Positions 12,625 through 25,000 of a stretch of 60,000 bases of DNA are shown piece after piece. The stretch is from Botryllus schlosseri. Taxonomy: Eukaryota. The stretch is taken from positions 3,226,001-3,286,000 of the forward strand of contig CM119378.1 of assembly GCA_051294905.1 (NCBI GenBank). The letters run 5' to 3'. A program made the translations under genes and the position numbers. The number at the start of each line of letters is the position of its first letter. Position 1 is the stretch's first letter. A model generated the notes under the pieces. It was not told where the DNA came from and did no database searches. It saw only the letters and a program-made list of their open reading frames with translations.

Positions 12625-14674
12625 CACTGGCGTAGCCAGGGGGGGGCGAAAGGGGCGGTCGCCCCCCCCAAATTTTTGAAAATTTTCGTAAAATCAATAG
12701 ATATTAGAGTATTTTGGGGCACATGTTTGCAACCTAAAATTTTTCTTCGCGCTTCGCGCGATTCAGTGTCCGTTAATATCTTGATTTTGTTATCGGTATC
12801 ACGAAAAAAATTTATTCCGCAAATACCCATTATTGAATTTAGCTGCATTCTCAATTATGAGAATACAACAGTACCAGTAGATACACTAGAGTAGCCCGAG
12901 GTCGTTAGGTTGATTGAGTCTGTAGGAGTGTCATTCCAGTATGGTGGTTGGGGACTGTTAGCTCCGGCAACTTCCGTTCCGGGACACACGAAGATTTATA
13001 AAGTATGCTACATGCTACTCCGCAAAGTGCGCTCCCAAAATGATTGACCACCATAAAACCGACCCTTGTATTTCGAAGCCTTCGATATAGATTTTCGGGT
13101 GCGTAAATGGCTGGCACCGAATGATCCTGTCCCTGCAATCGGACCCCTCCAACATAAACGCAACTGGCACAGGAAAATATCACCACCCCCCGTTAAAAAT
13201 TGCTAATTTGAAATTGAACGAGTCTGATCAAAGGAGTTTTTTAATTTGGTCTGGTATGTATCAGCGATTTCAATCTTTAAAGTAGCGTCAATCTCTACCA
13301 GAGGTTACGAACAAACCGTGCTTCAACGAAGTAATAAGAATGGACACCACTTGCTCATATAGACGTACCAATATTATTGATCAAATTCTTTCATTTCTAC
13401 AAAAACAATTTCCGCTCCGCGCGACTAGGGCCGAAATTCACACTGATTGTTCATCACTTTGCGTCAGCAATTTGGGCTTATCCGTGCAACGACCGCCTCA
13501 TAAGCTATAGTTGGCAACTGGAAGCTTCCATAGGGTATGTGTGTGTGTGCGTCTAAGAATCGTATGTATAAAGGGTAGTGATGAAATTGCCTATGGCAGC
13601 ATGTACGGTTCTGCGAGATGTTCCCACGGGAGAGCTCCCCTAAAGTCATAATCCCCCCCCCAAAAAAAATATTAAAAATAAAAATAAATTGTTTTTCCGG
13701 CTACGACCTTGCGTGTGCTCGATCTCCTGAGTGGTGACAGCTTTCTACGCAAGTCATGAAGTAACAGCAATAAATGACAACTGTCCCGTCCGCCGTCCAC
13801 CCTATAGAACAGGGGCGGCCAACCCGTGGCCCGTGAGAAGGTTTAGAGAGGCCCGCGGGTTAATTCTCGAAATTACTAGTATTATCAAAAAATAAATTAC
13901 CAAAACCGAATAACTAAAATTTGATTAGTCTGACCGCGAAATTTGGGATTTTGCAAACTAAAATATCAGTTTTGAGTTCCGAAGCATTGACGTAACCACG
14001 GGCCAGCCACATTTTTCGCAGATCGTCGTATATGACTATATGATGTACAATATTTCGCGCGGCTAGGTTGGGGATCCACACCAAGTCTTCATGTCATAAT
14101 TGTTATTGATTTTGATGCGTATTATTATAAGTATTGTTTTCAACGTCACCTATTATCCGGTACGCTCCTATCGGAAGACTAAAAAAGGTCATCAACATTC
14201 AAGTGGCCCGCGCAATGGTTTGTAAGTCTCATGTGGCCCTTTGGCCACCCTGCTCTAGAAACTTTAAATAGTCTTGCCGTGTGGTATTAACATATAGCTC
14301 AAGATGTATAATTAATTGCCCCCGGAAGGTTTGATGACACCACTTCTATCAGCCCTGCCGGAAATCTGATAATGAAAACATATTTACAATATGCAAAGAC
14401 CAATATAATGAACCAATTTCATTCATTAACCATGAAAAGTTTTCGCGCTTCGCGCGAAAGTCTTGTCGTCCTGGTTTTCCACAATCATTGTTTGATCACA
14501 TCCGTCTGTGAGTGGAATATATATAACGATCGCCCCAGATGTTGAGTTAATCATATAATAAGCGCCTAAGTCCATCGATTTTATCTATTTTTTCCTTATC
14601 TTCAAGGGGGGGGGGGTCATTTACGTCATCGAATTTTTCGCCCCCCCCAAATATTTTTTCTGGCTACGCCCTTG
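12625..14674. mobile_element. 2-kb non-autonomous hAT-like element (CAGTGGCGTAGCC-type TIR) with a nested MITE
   Basis: TIR CACTGGCGTAGCCAG / CTGGCTACGCCCTTG; perfect TSD CATCCTAC (12617-12624, 14675-14682). Confidence 0.85.
13810..14252. mobile_element. hAT-like MITE nested in 12625-14674
   Basis: TIR CAGGGGCGGCCAA / TTGGCCACCCTG; TSD CTATAGAA/CTCTAGAA; a related fragment lies at ~40050-40228. Confidence 0.75.
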
Positions 14675-15590
14675 CATCCTACCGACCGAAAAGGCATCAG
14701 ACACAGTACCAATAAATACGATATCACGCCGGAAAGAAAAGGGCTCCATGCTGCCCGCATGATAGAGAATATCTTCAATCATCGAACTCTCTTTCGGTAC
14801 CAGTTGATTCAATATGTCACGTGATTGAAGCCAATAAATCGCAGCTACCAGAATGAGTATCATGAAACTGTTCACTCTGCAGAAAAGCTGACGAATCAGC
14901 TTACATTCCATTATCGTTTGGCGCGCAGCACGTGGCATTTCGTTCCTCATTCAGGTTATAATTATATGCAGTGTTGAGGAATTCGCTCAGGTTCTGGATC
15001 TATGAAAATTGGTTGCTGGCTAAATCCTAGCAATCACATAAATCCGCTAGTGCTTGATGAGCTTTTACAGTCGGAGCTGGCATAAATGCACCCATTTCAA
15101 GAGAAGCAAACACTAAAATATGCTTATGCTAACTTCTCACATGAATATGTTGACAGAATTTATCTGTTAACCTGAATTTTGTTTACGCTCCACGAGCGAT
15201 TCGCATCAAGTAGTATTCGCGATTGTGATGTGTCTTCCGAAACCGCAGTCTAGTGGCAAGCCCAACCATGACTAGGTCGTCTCCGAATCCTCTTATCTGT
15301 TCATTAAATCGCATTGTATAATGTACATTGTGTGTTATGAGCGGAAGTAATAGAACCGCTGATTAAGACTAATCATCATGTTCGACTAATAAGACGAGGG
15401 TTTGCAATTATAAGCAACTACACCAGAGGGCAAATGGGCGGCCCGCGTTTTCACTGCTTTATTTAAACTGACCTGCTTGTTGCCGACTAATTAAAGCGAA
15501 AAACCGGTAATCTGATTCAGATCTAATTTGTGAAATGTTTCTCTGCTATATTGTCTGGCTTTCCTCAACATGGAACATAAGTGTGTAGGG

Positions 15591-15897
15591 CAGTGCTCCC
15601 AATGTGGACGATTTTGAGAAAAAAGGGGGCGAAAATGTTAGGACTTCCGGTGAGATTTATTCAATTAACACGCCCAAAAATACGTCAACGCACGGGTTAG
15701 TCAGTAGATGTTCAGACCGGTTTTCCGAGAAAAAACAGCCTTTTTTAGTAAATTCACCATAGATCAGAGCTACTCGAATATATTCCCCGTTTATCTGACC
15801 TCTTTTTCGGATCCGTAAATATGGGGGGGGGGGGGGGGCAAAAATTTGCGTCGATCTTGATGTCGAGCGATGAGCCGACAAAGGTTGGGAACCACCG
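15591..15897. mobile_element. Degenerate hAT-like MITE
   Basis: CAGTGCTCCCAA / TTGGGAACCACCG ends; TSD GTGTAGGG/GTATAGTG (6/8). Confidence 0.55.
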
Positions 15898-16059
15898 GTA
15901 TAGTGCAAAATAAGTCTCACTCCGTGTACTTGTACATGTACACTTTGTACAGACATTTGCCATTCACATGGTTGTGAGAATAAATCCCCTCTCGAATCAA
16001 CAACTAAATCCTCAGAAAAAACACCAACAGCAACTGTTACACGGCAGCGATTTATTCGA

Positions 16060-19000
16060 CTACTTTTTATGTTTTTTATTGCCCTTCTTCCTCTTGAAAT
16101 ACACTTTATCCGAGGCGGGTTCGACGTCGAATCGAACTTGCCCGCCCTTACCCGCGGCACGTTTCCGGCTCCGAGTTTTCGTGTTGTCGAAGGCGTCGGA
16201 TTCGTCCATGGGATCGATGATTGCTCCTAAAACGGTGGACACCTGAAAGACAGTAAAAAATGATGCAAATTGAATGTAAGGAAGACATTCGCTGGACCTG
16301 GCTAATAGTGAAAGCAGTTATCGATGTTATCACGATGGAGTATAATGCATAACAAGTTGAAATAACCGTAAGTAAGAAGTCACACATACTGAATCCACAT
16401 CGATAAAAACTAATCATACGAACCACAAGACTAAACTCGATAGTCAGAAATGGTGATTACCTAAGTATTTCTACTTTTTGGAGCATTCCTGCACTACCTA
16501 CTCTATTGGCTATATTTTAGCACATGCATCCTGGATTTCCAAAAGTGAGATTGTCATGAAAACCGCGTGAAATCGCCCCAGTATCGCGGTAACTAAATAA
16601 TTACGCCTATAAGTAGTGTCACGCGTCATTTTGCGTTAGTCGCGATGATACGCCTTGGGACTACAAAAGTAGCCACTTATTAACTGCTGAAAGTATGCGA
16701 CCTATGGTTGTTCAACAATAACTTTTTTTTTCGGATTCCGGGGATACTCCACATAAATTGTCAGGTTGCGTAAAAAAACACGGCACACCAAATTTGGCTC
16801 GATTCCATCTAGCAGATTTGAACGCACAGGAGTTTCAAAATTTTGAATGTCTTATAAATTATTTTTTTTCAAATTTTATTGTCAACCCCATGAAGTTGTA
16901 GAGCTGTCTAAAAAAACGGTGCAAAACAATTTTGCCTCAATTCCAACCCGTAGAAGCGAAGTTATTTGACTTTTTCTTTAATAATTCTGGGATTACCCAC
17001 AGTCCAGGCTATTTTTGTGAGTCCAAAATTTGTAACTGCAATAACTTCGCTTCTACCGGTTGAAAGCGATCAAAAATTAGTAAGTATCGTTCTTTTAGAC
17101 GACTTAACAATTTCATGGGGTTGACAGTCAAATTTAAATAGGCTTTTCGAAGTACAGAACTTCAATATTGCAATTTTGTTACCAAATTCAAAATTTACTT
17201 ACTACTGTGCGTTCATATCTTGGAACGGAGCCAAATTTGGAATGCAGCGTTTTTTTATAAGGCGACCAAACAATTTAATCATTGAATCCCCGGAATTTAT
17301 AAAAAAAATTACTTTTGAACAAGCCTAATGCGGCCCTTCCACCAAATCTACTATGTGAAACCACTTGAGTAGTTTTGATGTCTTGGAGATCGCTGTTTTC
17401 ACTCGCAATCAAACAGAAATTCATGGCGTTACTTCTATTTCAACTTGAGTAGCAACACTAATACTTTTTGACCACACATTTGTTGATAGCACAAAACATA
17501 AGAATGCTCGAAGGTGCTGAAGAATCAAGCCGTGATACCGTGACAATTTCAATTCTATTGCATTATCAAAACAATATGGCGATAAACACCGACGTGTAAA
17601 TAATCTAAAGAGAAAGATACTTGACCGCTAAACTGAAATAAAGTCCAGTCTCAGCACTCCCTGAATATGCTATCTTGTTTTGTGGCGTTGGCAACCAAAG
17701 TTCAAAAAGGGTAATTGTACTCAAGTGACACCTATCAGGCTATTTTAAAGTACAAAATCAGCTACATCATGGAAAAAATGTAATATTTTACAGCTAATAC
17801 TATAATTTGAGCTCAGGTGCACAGCAGATATATTTGCTGTACTGCAAGCTCCAGCGGAATAGTTCACTGCATTGTAAAACAAACACCACCACATACCTTA
17901 GGCTTCGTAAGAGTTTTGAATGTGGCCGGCGTATTCCACGTCTTGCCGATCGGTTGACGTATCGATCGTTCGTATTGTTCAAAACTGGTGAAGCCGTACG
18001 GGATCTGAGAACATGATGAAAGTTATATGACATAGTAACAAGTGCATGGAGTAAAGCTCTACTACGAGGTTCTCAGCCAATCTTATCTCAAGACTGAGCG
18101 CAATAATAACCTATTTCTGAACATAAAGCACTTCCACCTCCCACTATATCCGTATTCTGGGTGTGCCTTGGAATGAATTTCTGTGCTGTCGCAGAAATTT
18201 ACTGTACTGTGATTTTAAGAACCAAACTATGGCAGTATTTGAAACTCATTAAAACCATTGAAACTCATTAAATTGAGTTTACATCCAGATTCTCTCACAA
18301 CATACACAAAATCGATGCATGGCATGGCACCAAACGACTTTCCAGGTGCACTAGTGCCTTCGTGCAATGTATTATAATTATCTTCGTTGATTCATTGGGC
18401 CTGAGATTAATTGATTGTAAGTCGATTTCGCATATAATCGCCTGAAACCGGTTTAAAGCGACGTCGTCACCCAACATATAAAGTCACACACGCCGAGTGG
18501 TTAATTCACCAAGTGCCGTACACCACAATTCACGCTCGCATTCAGTGAAACGTTCATTTGCTAATGTATCAATACGATATCGATGCATCTCTTTCATAAT
18601 AGTAACAGATATTACCAGGCCGATTATTTTCTGTAAAAAAAAAGTCAAAATTGCAGCGTCAGGTCGAAATTGTTTCACAAAGTCAATCTTTTTCGCAGTC
18701 GAATTGTCGCATGTCATAGAGGTTGCACCGTCTGCGAACTTCTCATGTTACATTTTTCGAATTTTCATACAATATTGTGTGTTGAGTATTTCATGAGTAA
18801 AAATTTCATCAAAAGAGTTTGTTGATGTCAATAAATGTCAAAATTATGAGTGGAAAATTTCTCATTTGGTAGTTAAAAAAATACTGCCCTAGTTGTCACA
18901 TTTCTAATGTGAAACTGACCAGGTACCGAAATCACTGATAAACGTAGAAACAAACTATCAGACTTACCTGTCGTACTTGATGCTTCGCGATATTGGCGTC

Positions 19001-22000
19001 ACGTTTTTCGTTAATAATCACGGCCCCGAGATGCGAATCTCTCCTCGGCGGCGGAGGGGCCTGCTTCACCACAAACCTTTTACTCTTCCTTTTCGACACC
19101 TTAAGACCGGTACCTCCCCAATCGCCCCAACCGGGCAAAGTCAAGTCCTGCGCTTTCGGCTTCGAATCGTCTACAAGTTTCCTTTTCTCCGCTACAAAAT
19201 CAGCTAGCACGTCGTCGTCGGCAAAAGCTTCCTGTATCGTCATCCTGTTTGAGTCTTCGTTCTCATTTTCGTCTTCAAAATCGCACGCTTCGGTGGGCAG
19301 CTCGCTTGTCTCTAACGTAAACACCTTATCGGGGTCGATCTGCTCTACTATTTCCGGCTGTTTTTCGGGTTTAGATATCGTCGCTGACGCGCTGTGCAAT
19401 TCAGACAGCGAATTGACTTGGTCGTCGGACGCCAGCACGTTTTCAAGATCTCTCAAATTTCTCCTTCTCTCCAACCCTAATTCTAATCCGTCCTCCTCCG
19501 TGGGGCATTGGTCCTCTGGCGTGGTTTCGCAGTTATCAGCCTCTTGCGCCTGGCTGCTCTCTTCTGTGAGTCGGGCTAGGGCGTCGCGGAACTTCTGGAT
19601 ATCGTCCTCTTCTACTTGTTCCTGTGAATCGAGAAAAAATTGATTGGACAGTCACAAATAGATGTTTGCTACGCTAGCTTTGGATTCAGAACTTGGCCAC
19701 AATGGTTAAAGTACCTCAATCCGAGCCGAGTATTAATCCTAATTTTTAGAGCAGGGTTGTAATGACACGACTCGAGTCACGATTTTCTGATGACTCGACT
19801 TGACTTGAGTCATTTTCTGAAAAGACGGAAATGAATCGACTCGAGTGAATGTGTGTATTGACTCGACTTGGACTCGAGTCATTGCGCATGACTCGAACCA
19901 AGTCATATGACTCGAGACTCAGACGGTCAAGACCGACATTTCATTGCAACTTCGAAGAATAGTACAGTAACCACACTATAGGGATTTTATCTATTGGTAC
20001 TGGAACTTGAAAATGCGCCCAGAAACTGCTAAAAGCGAGGAAAATTAGTATATTATAAATGCAAACCATTCGATATCACCATACAGAGTAATAAAAAGTG
20101 GGTTTAACAAGACTTTAACTGGATATTGAGCAGTCAACACAATGACTTGGACTCGGACTCGAGTCATGATACCATGACTCGGACTTGTCCCTCTGCTCGT
20201 TGACTTGGACTCGGACTGAAAATGACTCGACTTGACTCGAGTCAAAACTATTAAAGTGAGATTGTCTATGGACTCGGAGCCTGGCGACATGGTTGCAACC
20301 TTGGTTTCGAGTACTGCTGACATTGATTTTCTTCGAGCACCTCGCACCATACCAAACACGTATTACAAAGTTATGCAGCCATTAACCCATAGAAGTGTCA
20401 CAAAGTGCAATGAAACAAGTGCGGTCCAAAGCAGTGGTTCCCAAACTTGTCCATCTCATCTCTCTCTTATCAAGCTCAACACACCTTTACCCCCCGCCCC
20501 CCTAAAGACTAGATCAGGGGTCACCAACACGTGGCTCGATCTGATTTAAGGTGTCAGGAAAACGCTTAGTGAAGCATTTTGAATTGCGGAAACCTATTTC
20601 AGATGCAAATATTTGCTGTTATTCTTCAAAATAAGCTATTCTCCTGTGCCCAAAATCACTATCGCGTACTGGCCGATTCGGATTCGGCAATGGCAATAGC
20701 ATTCCATTTAGGAAGAATTAGCTGAAGTGAATGGGCACATAAACACCCAGACACTGCCAAGACCGAGACACGTAGAAAACGACATGGGGTCTCGTCACAA
20801 GATCAAGTTTTATGAGGAGATAGTTTTCCAGCAAGTACCGCTTCTAGCTAACCCAATATTGATTCTTTAGTCGTTGTCAGGTATCGTGCGCAGCTCTTAG
20901 TTCAAAAAAGAATGATGATCATGTTATTTTTTGTTGTTCCTTGTTTGTGTTTCTTTATTAAAATATTATTTCTGTTGTGGCAACTATGCCCGTCCACCAT
21001 GTCAGAGAGCACAGCGTAGTACTGACGTAAGGATTTAGAAACGTGGTTGTTAAACTTTGTGGCCTATTTTATCTCGATAGACGATATTGCATTCGTGCGG
21101 CCAGCGGTCTCTACAGAATCTGAAAAGTGGCCCGCGACCAGTTTAGAGTCCCATGGAGTAGAGGCAAGTAAAGATTATCCTTCTTCTTTTCAGTCGTATC
21201 CAAGCAGGTTGCATCCATGTGCTCAAGTACTTTTGTATACTACTTCTACTTCGACACTTTTTTGTACACTGGTCGGTTTAAACCTAAAGAGTACCAAGTA
21301 TTCTTTGACGTGAAGTAGAGCAAGTCCTGTATTCTTGTGGTCGCATAAAAGCAATGTGATTTGAACTTGCCACATCATCCATACTCCTGTGCCGCCATAA
21401 TGAGAGTTACATGAAGCGTAACGCTTAATTCAGAACCAAATCACTTGCCCGGCCACCCGACAATCTGCGGCGGCACACAGTTTGGAAATCGACGGCCTGT
21501 TACCTCGTTTTCCATCATTTCTCGAAGTCTTTTCCTGTCTTTCAATTCGGCAAGCTCCAATTTCATTTCCTCCTCAACACCGCCACCACCATCATCGTTA
21601 TTGTCGGAGCCTTCCTTGTCCTTCGTGACTTCCTCCAGACCCAAGACGCCGTCGCCGGCTCGCTTGGAAACGCGTTTCGCGTCTTCGACGGGCGATTCTC
21701 GCGAAGGTACGTCGTCGGTCTTGGCGGTCCGCCGTAGCCACGGATTGTTTTTGGGGAGGCAGATCGCGGGGAGGGACGCAGTAGACGGCACGAGGGGGTT
21801 GGCGACTGAAAAAAGTAAGTAGTTTTGCACAAATAACGCTCAAAACGTGGACCGCTCGAACCAGTAGGCAAACCTCGAGTGCATCGAAAAAGTGAAAGAG
21901 CCACGTTACTGGCTGCCTCTGTAACTGAATATCGATTAAATCGGATAGGTGAAGACAAAACTGTTTAAGAACGATATTCGGATTAGGTTATGGGATTGTT

Positions 22001-25000
22001 ATTCCATATATTTAGTATATTTATCAGATCTATCAAATAGTTGATCACACCTCAAACCGTCTTGGTGCTCGCCTTAGTCAAATAATAAGATAGTGGGGCA
22101 ATATCCACGCCAGGGGTCACCCACACGCGGCCTGCGATCTGATTCGAGATTTCGGCAGAACACAAAGTCAAGTATATTTTGAAATTGTTTTCATTTTCAA
22201 AATATTGTTGTTTTGAAATAAGCTAGTCGCCTGTGCCCAACGTCACCATTCCTCTTCAGCCGAAGTGGCTTTGGTGATGGCAACAGCGTAATCTTGAGAC
22301 AGCATCGTTGGAATAGACAACAATCTCAGCGAGAAGTATTTATATATTTGAATTTTTCACAGTTAAACCATGTCCAGTACATATCAGTCAGCACTCTGTC
22401 AAATATACATGTCCCCTCACCGGTATCATCCGCTGAGTCGTCTGCCGCCTCATTTTCATCGTCCGTACTCTCCAGCTTGTCGAGATTCTTCTGAACGAGT
22501 TCGTTGTGAAGCTTTTTCTGTTCGTTCAACTGCACCTTGGTCATCTCGTTGTAGCGCGCGATCAGCATACGATTTTTCGCCCACTTGCTACCTTGTCTGA
22601 AACACGCACGGGGCTAATTCTTGAAAAGAAGTCGGGCGAGGAAATGGCACTGCTGTCTCAAATTAGTTTTTGAAAAGAATGTTGGAGGTACAAATTTGTT
22701 CCGCTGACGCTGGAAATAGAAGGCAGCTAGTAGAGAATTGGAAAGAACAGTGTACTACTGTATATGTACGTACAATCGTACATGTATGTGCGATTATTGA
22801 TATACTATGTTTTTTTTTTAATTCTCTACTAGTTGCTGACGATTAACCCCGACGATATTCGGGTTCATTTCAGTATGAATATAATATTCAATCAAACAAT
22901 TATTAGATATTATAATCAATAACTTGGGAAGCAAGGAATGGGGGAACAATTCCCGGTGGTGTGGCGCAAAACAACCTAATATGATTGAATAGATTGATGG
23001 ATAACTATCATAGAATATATAATTGACCACGAGTCCACGACTATGATTGATCCCAAATGTATAGTCCGATGCTCGAGTTTGGGTAGGCTTACCAAATGTC
23101 CTCTTTTATCAAGGACGCTCACAAATGCCCAAATATCCTCTTTTTCACACATTTGGGTTCCAGAAAATATCGAACGCCGAGAATTCAAAGCTTAGCATGC
23201 GATTTGCGCTTAGCATCAGATTTAACAAGGCGCTTATAAGTGTAGCCTACTTATCATACCTATGCCGTAGTACGGCACGTTCTTCGGCCCGCGTCTTTTG
23301 AGCAAGCATCAGCTTTTCGGCAGCCTTTTCCGGATCGGTGGCTTGGAGTTTCTCAAATTCAGCGGCAGACTTTTTCTCCTTCTGCTTTCTGAGAGTCCTA
23401 CAAAATTTTAACGGGTCGTTTAGAGCAGTGGTAGACAAACCGGAGGGATGCATGATTATAGTTGTCACGACCATGAAGAAATATTTTCAAATGCTCAAGC
23501 TAATCTCTTTGATCGGAACATGTGCTGTACTGGCAAGGGGGTTGTGTTGCATGCCTGAAGATCACCTTTCCAGGATCGAATACCTAACATTTTTGAATAC
23601 GCGGTAGCTTAATCATGGAAGCATGAAATTTCCTTATACCGGTGATATACAATATACATGTACTATGCCTACGTTTCGGATCAGGCTCTGCAGAAAAAGC
23701 ATTTAAAACCTGCCTGCCATCATCCTACTGATGTGAGTATAGTTTCACTGTAACGGCAACAACAAAGACGCGAGAAACAAAGATGTGAAAGATACATTTC
23801 TGGGTGTCATAAATTTCTATTTATTACAAAGTGGGAGTGTCTGGTCGCAGCAAAACAAGCCCAAGGCTCACATTGAAGAATGACCTCACAGTGTATGAAC
23901 CCCAGCACATGTTCAATCTTGAGTAGGCTATCTGGGCATTAGAAGGGCGGTCCAAGACATTCTTTCCATTTTGAATCCATCTTGAAATTCCTCACACTCA
24001 AGAATTAGGAACGGTATATAAATATCGAAAAAACAAACAAGCCGTAAACGTTTGGCTCGTTAAACTTACGACATACAACCATAAATTGTACTTTCAATAT
24101 GAGCCTACGGATATAACCCAGCAGACTTCAGACAGTACCACTTTGGTCAGAAAGTCAAGGAACACGTGCAGACTACCACATGGAATTTTCCTCGCATCCA
24201 ACTGGTCATTACAAAAAAAATCCCATCCGACCGAGGTTCCGATGTCTCATCTAATCGCGACAATGGTCAACGTGTAGAATAGGCTCAATCACAACAAAAG
24301 CCCCACATGCCTCGCCCCATGTGTAAACAGCGAATGGACTGGGAGGAGCAATTCACTTAAAGTCACAAAGGCTAATCGAGCTCGCCGTCGGCGGCTTTGT
24401 GCTGAATTGGTTTTTAGCCATTACCAGCCTGGACAACACGCAAGTCTGCAAGCATTCGGGAAGCCCAGATTTTCACCGAGTTATAAAACAAAAATCTGTC
24501 ACAATACCAACCCGATACATCTGGTGCACAAAATGAACTGTGTAGGTATCAACAGACACTAAGACACGAAAACATTACGATGAACATCTTTCACAAATCA
24601 GTGTGACTTTGGCTGTCCCCTATCAGATACCAGTTCAGAAATGAGAGGTATCACTTGGAAAGCATCATCGTATTGTTGGGTCGAAAGGCAAGAGCGTGAC
24701 ACGGTGACCAGTGGCGTAGCCAGGGGGGTGTTTAGGATGTACAATTACGCCCCTTTCCAAACTAGAATACCCCCCTTCTTCAATCCCAAATCTAAAGTTA
24801 ATGTTTCATGGCATAATCGCGCATTCGTAATTGAGGAACGGCAAGTATTTTCACTGAACGATCAATGCCAATATACCCTTTTTCTCAGATTCTTCTCGAG
24901 AGTACTTCAGGTGTCATGTTACAACACAGCTGGAGATCTCGCTATTTCGCGTTACAAATAAATTGGCGACTCGGCTTGATATCTTTCAATCAAACGCCTA

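Larger units (their letters stand above)
11270..14950 (-). pseudogene. Probable decayed gene (type II membrane-protein-like N-terminus) interrupted by a 2-kb hAT-like insertion
   Basis: The ORF from 14950 has an N-terminal hydrophobic anchor (FMILILVAAIYWL). Removing 12625-14674 plus one TSD joins DAFSVGRM to SARVRSGNYCYLDSW... in frame. Downstream there are protein-like fragments with multiple stops to ~11270. Confidence 0.4.

Noticed and set aside
18977..19643. Plus-strand ORFs up to 216 aa (similar ones at 5707, 21445, 27797 and 33692)
   Set aside because: They are antisense shadows of SPNS1, UTP14 and CCDC27 coding exons.
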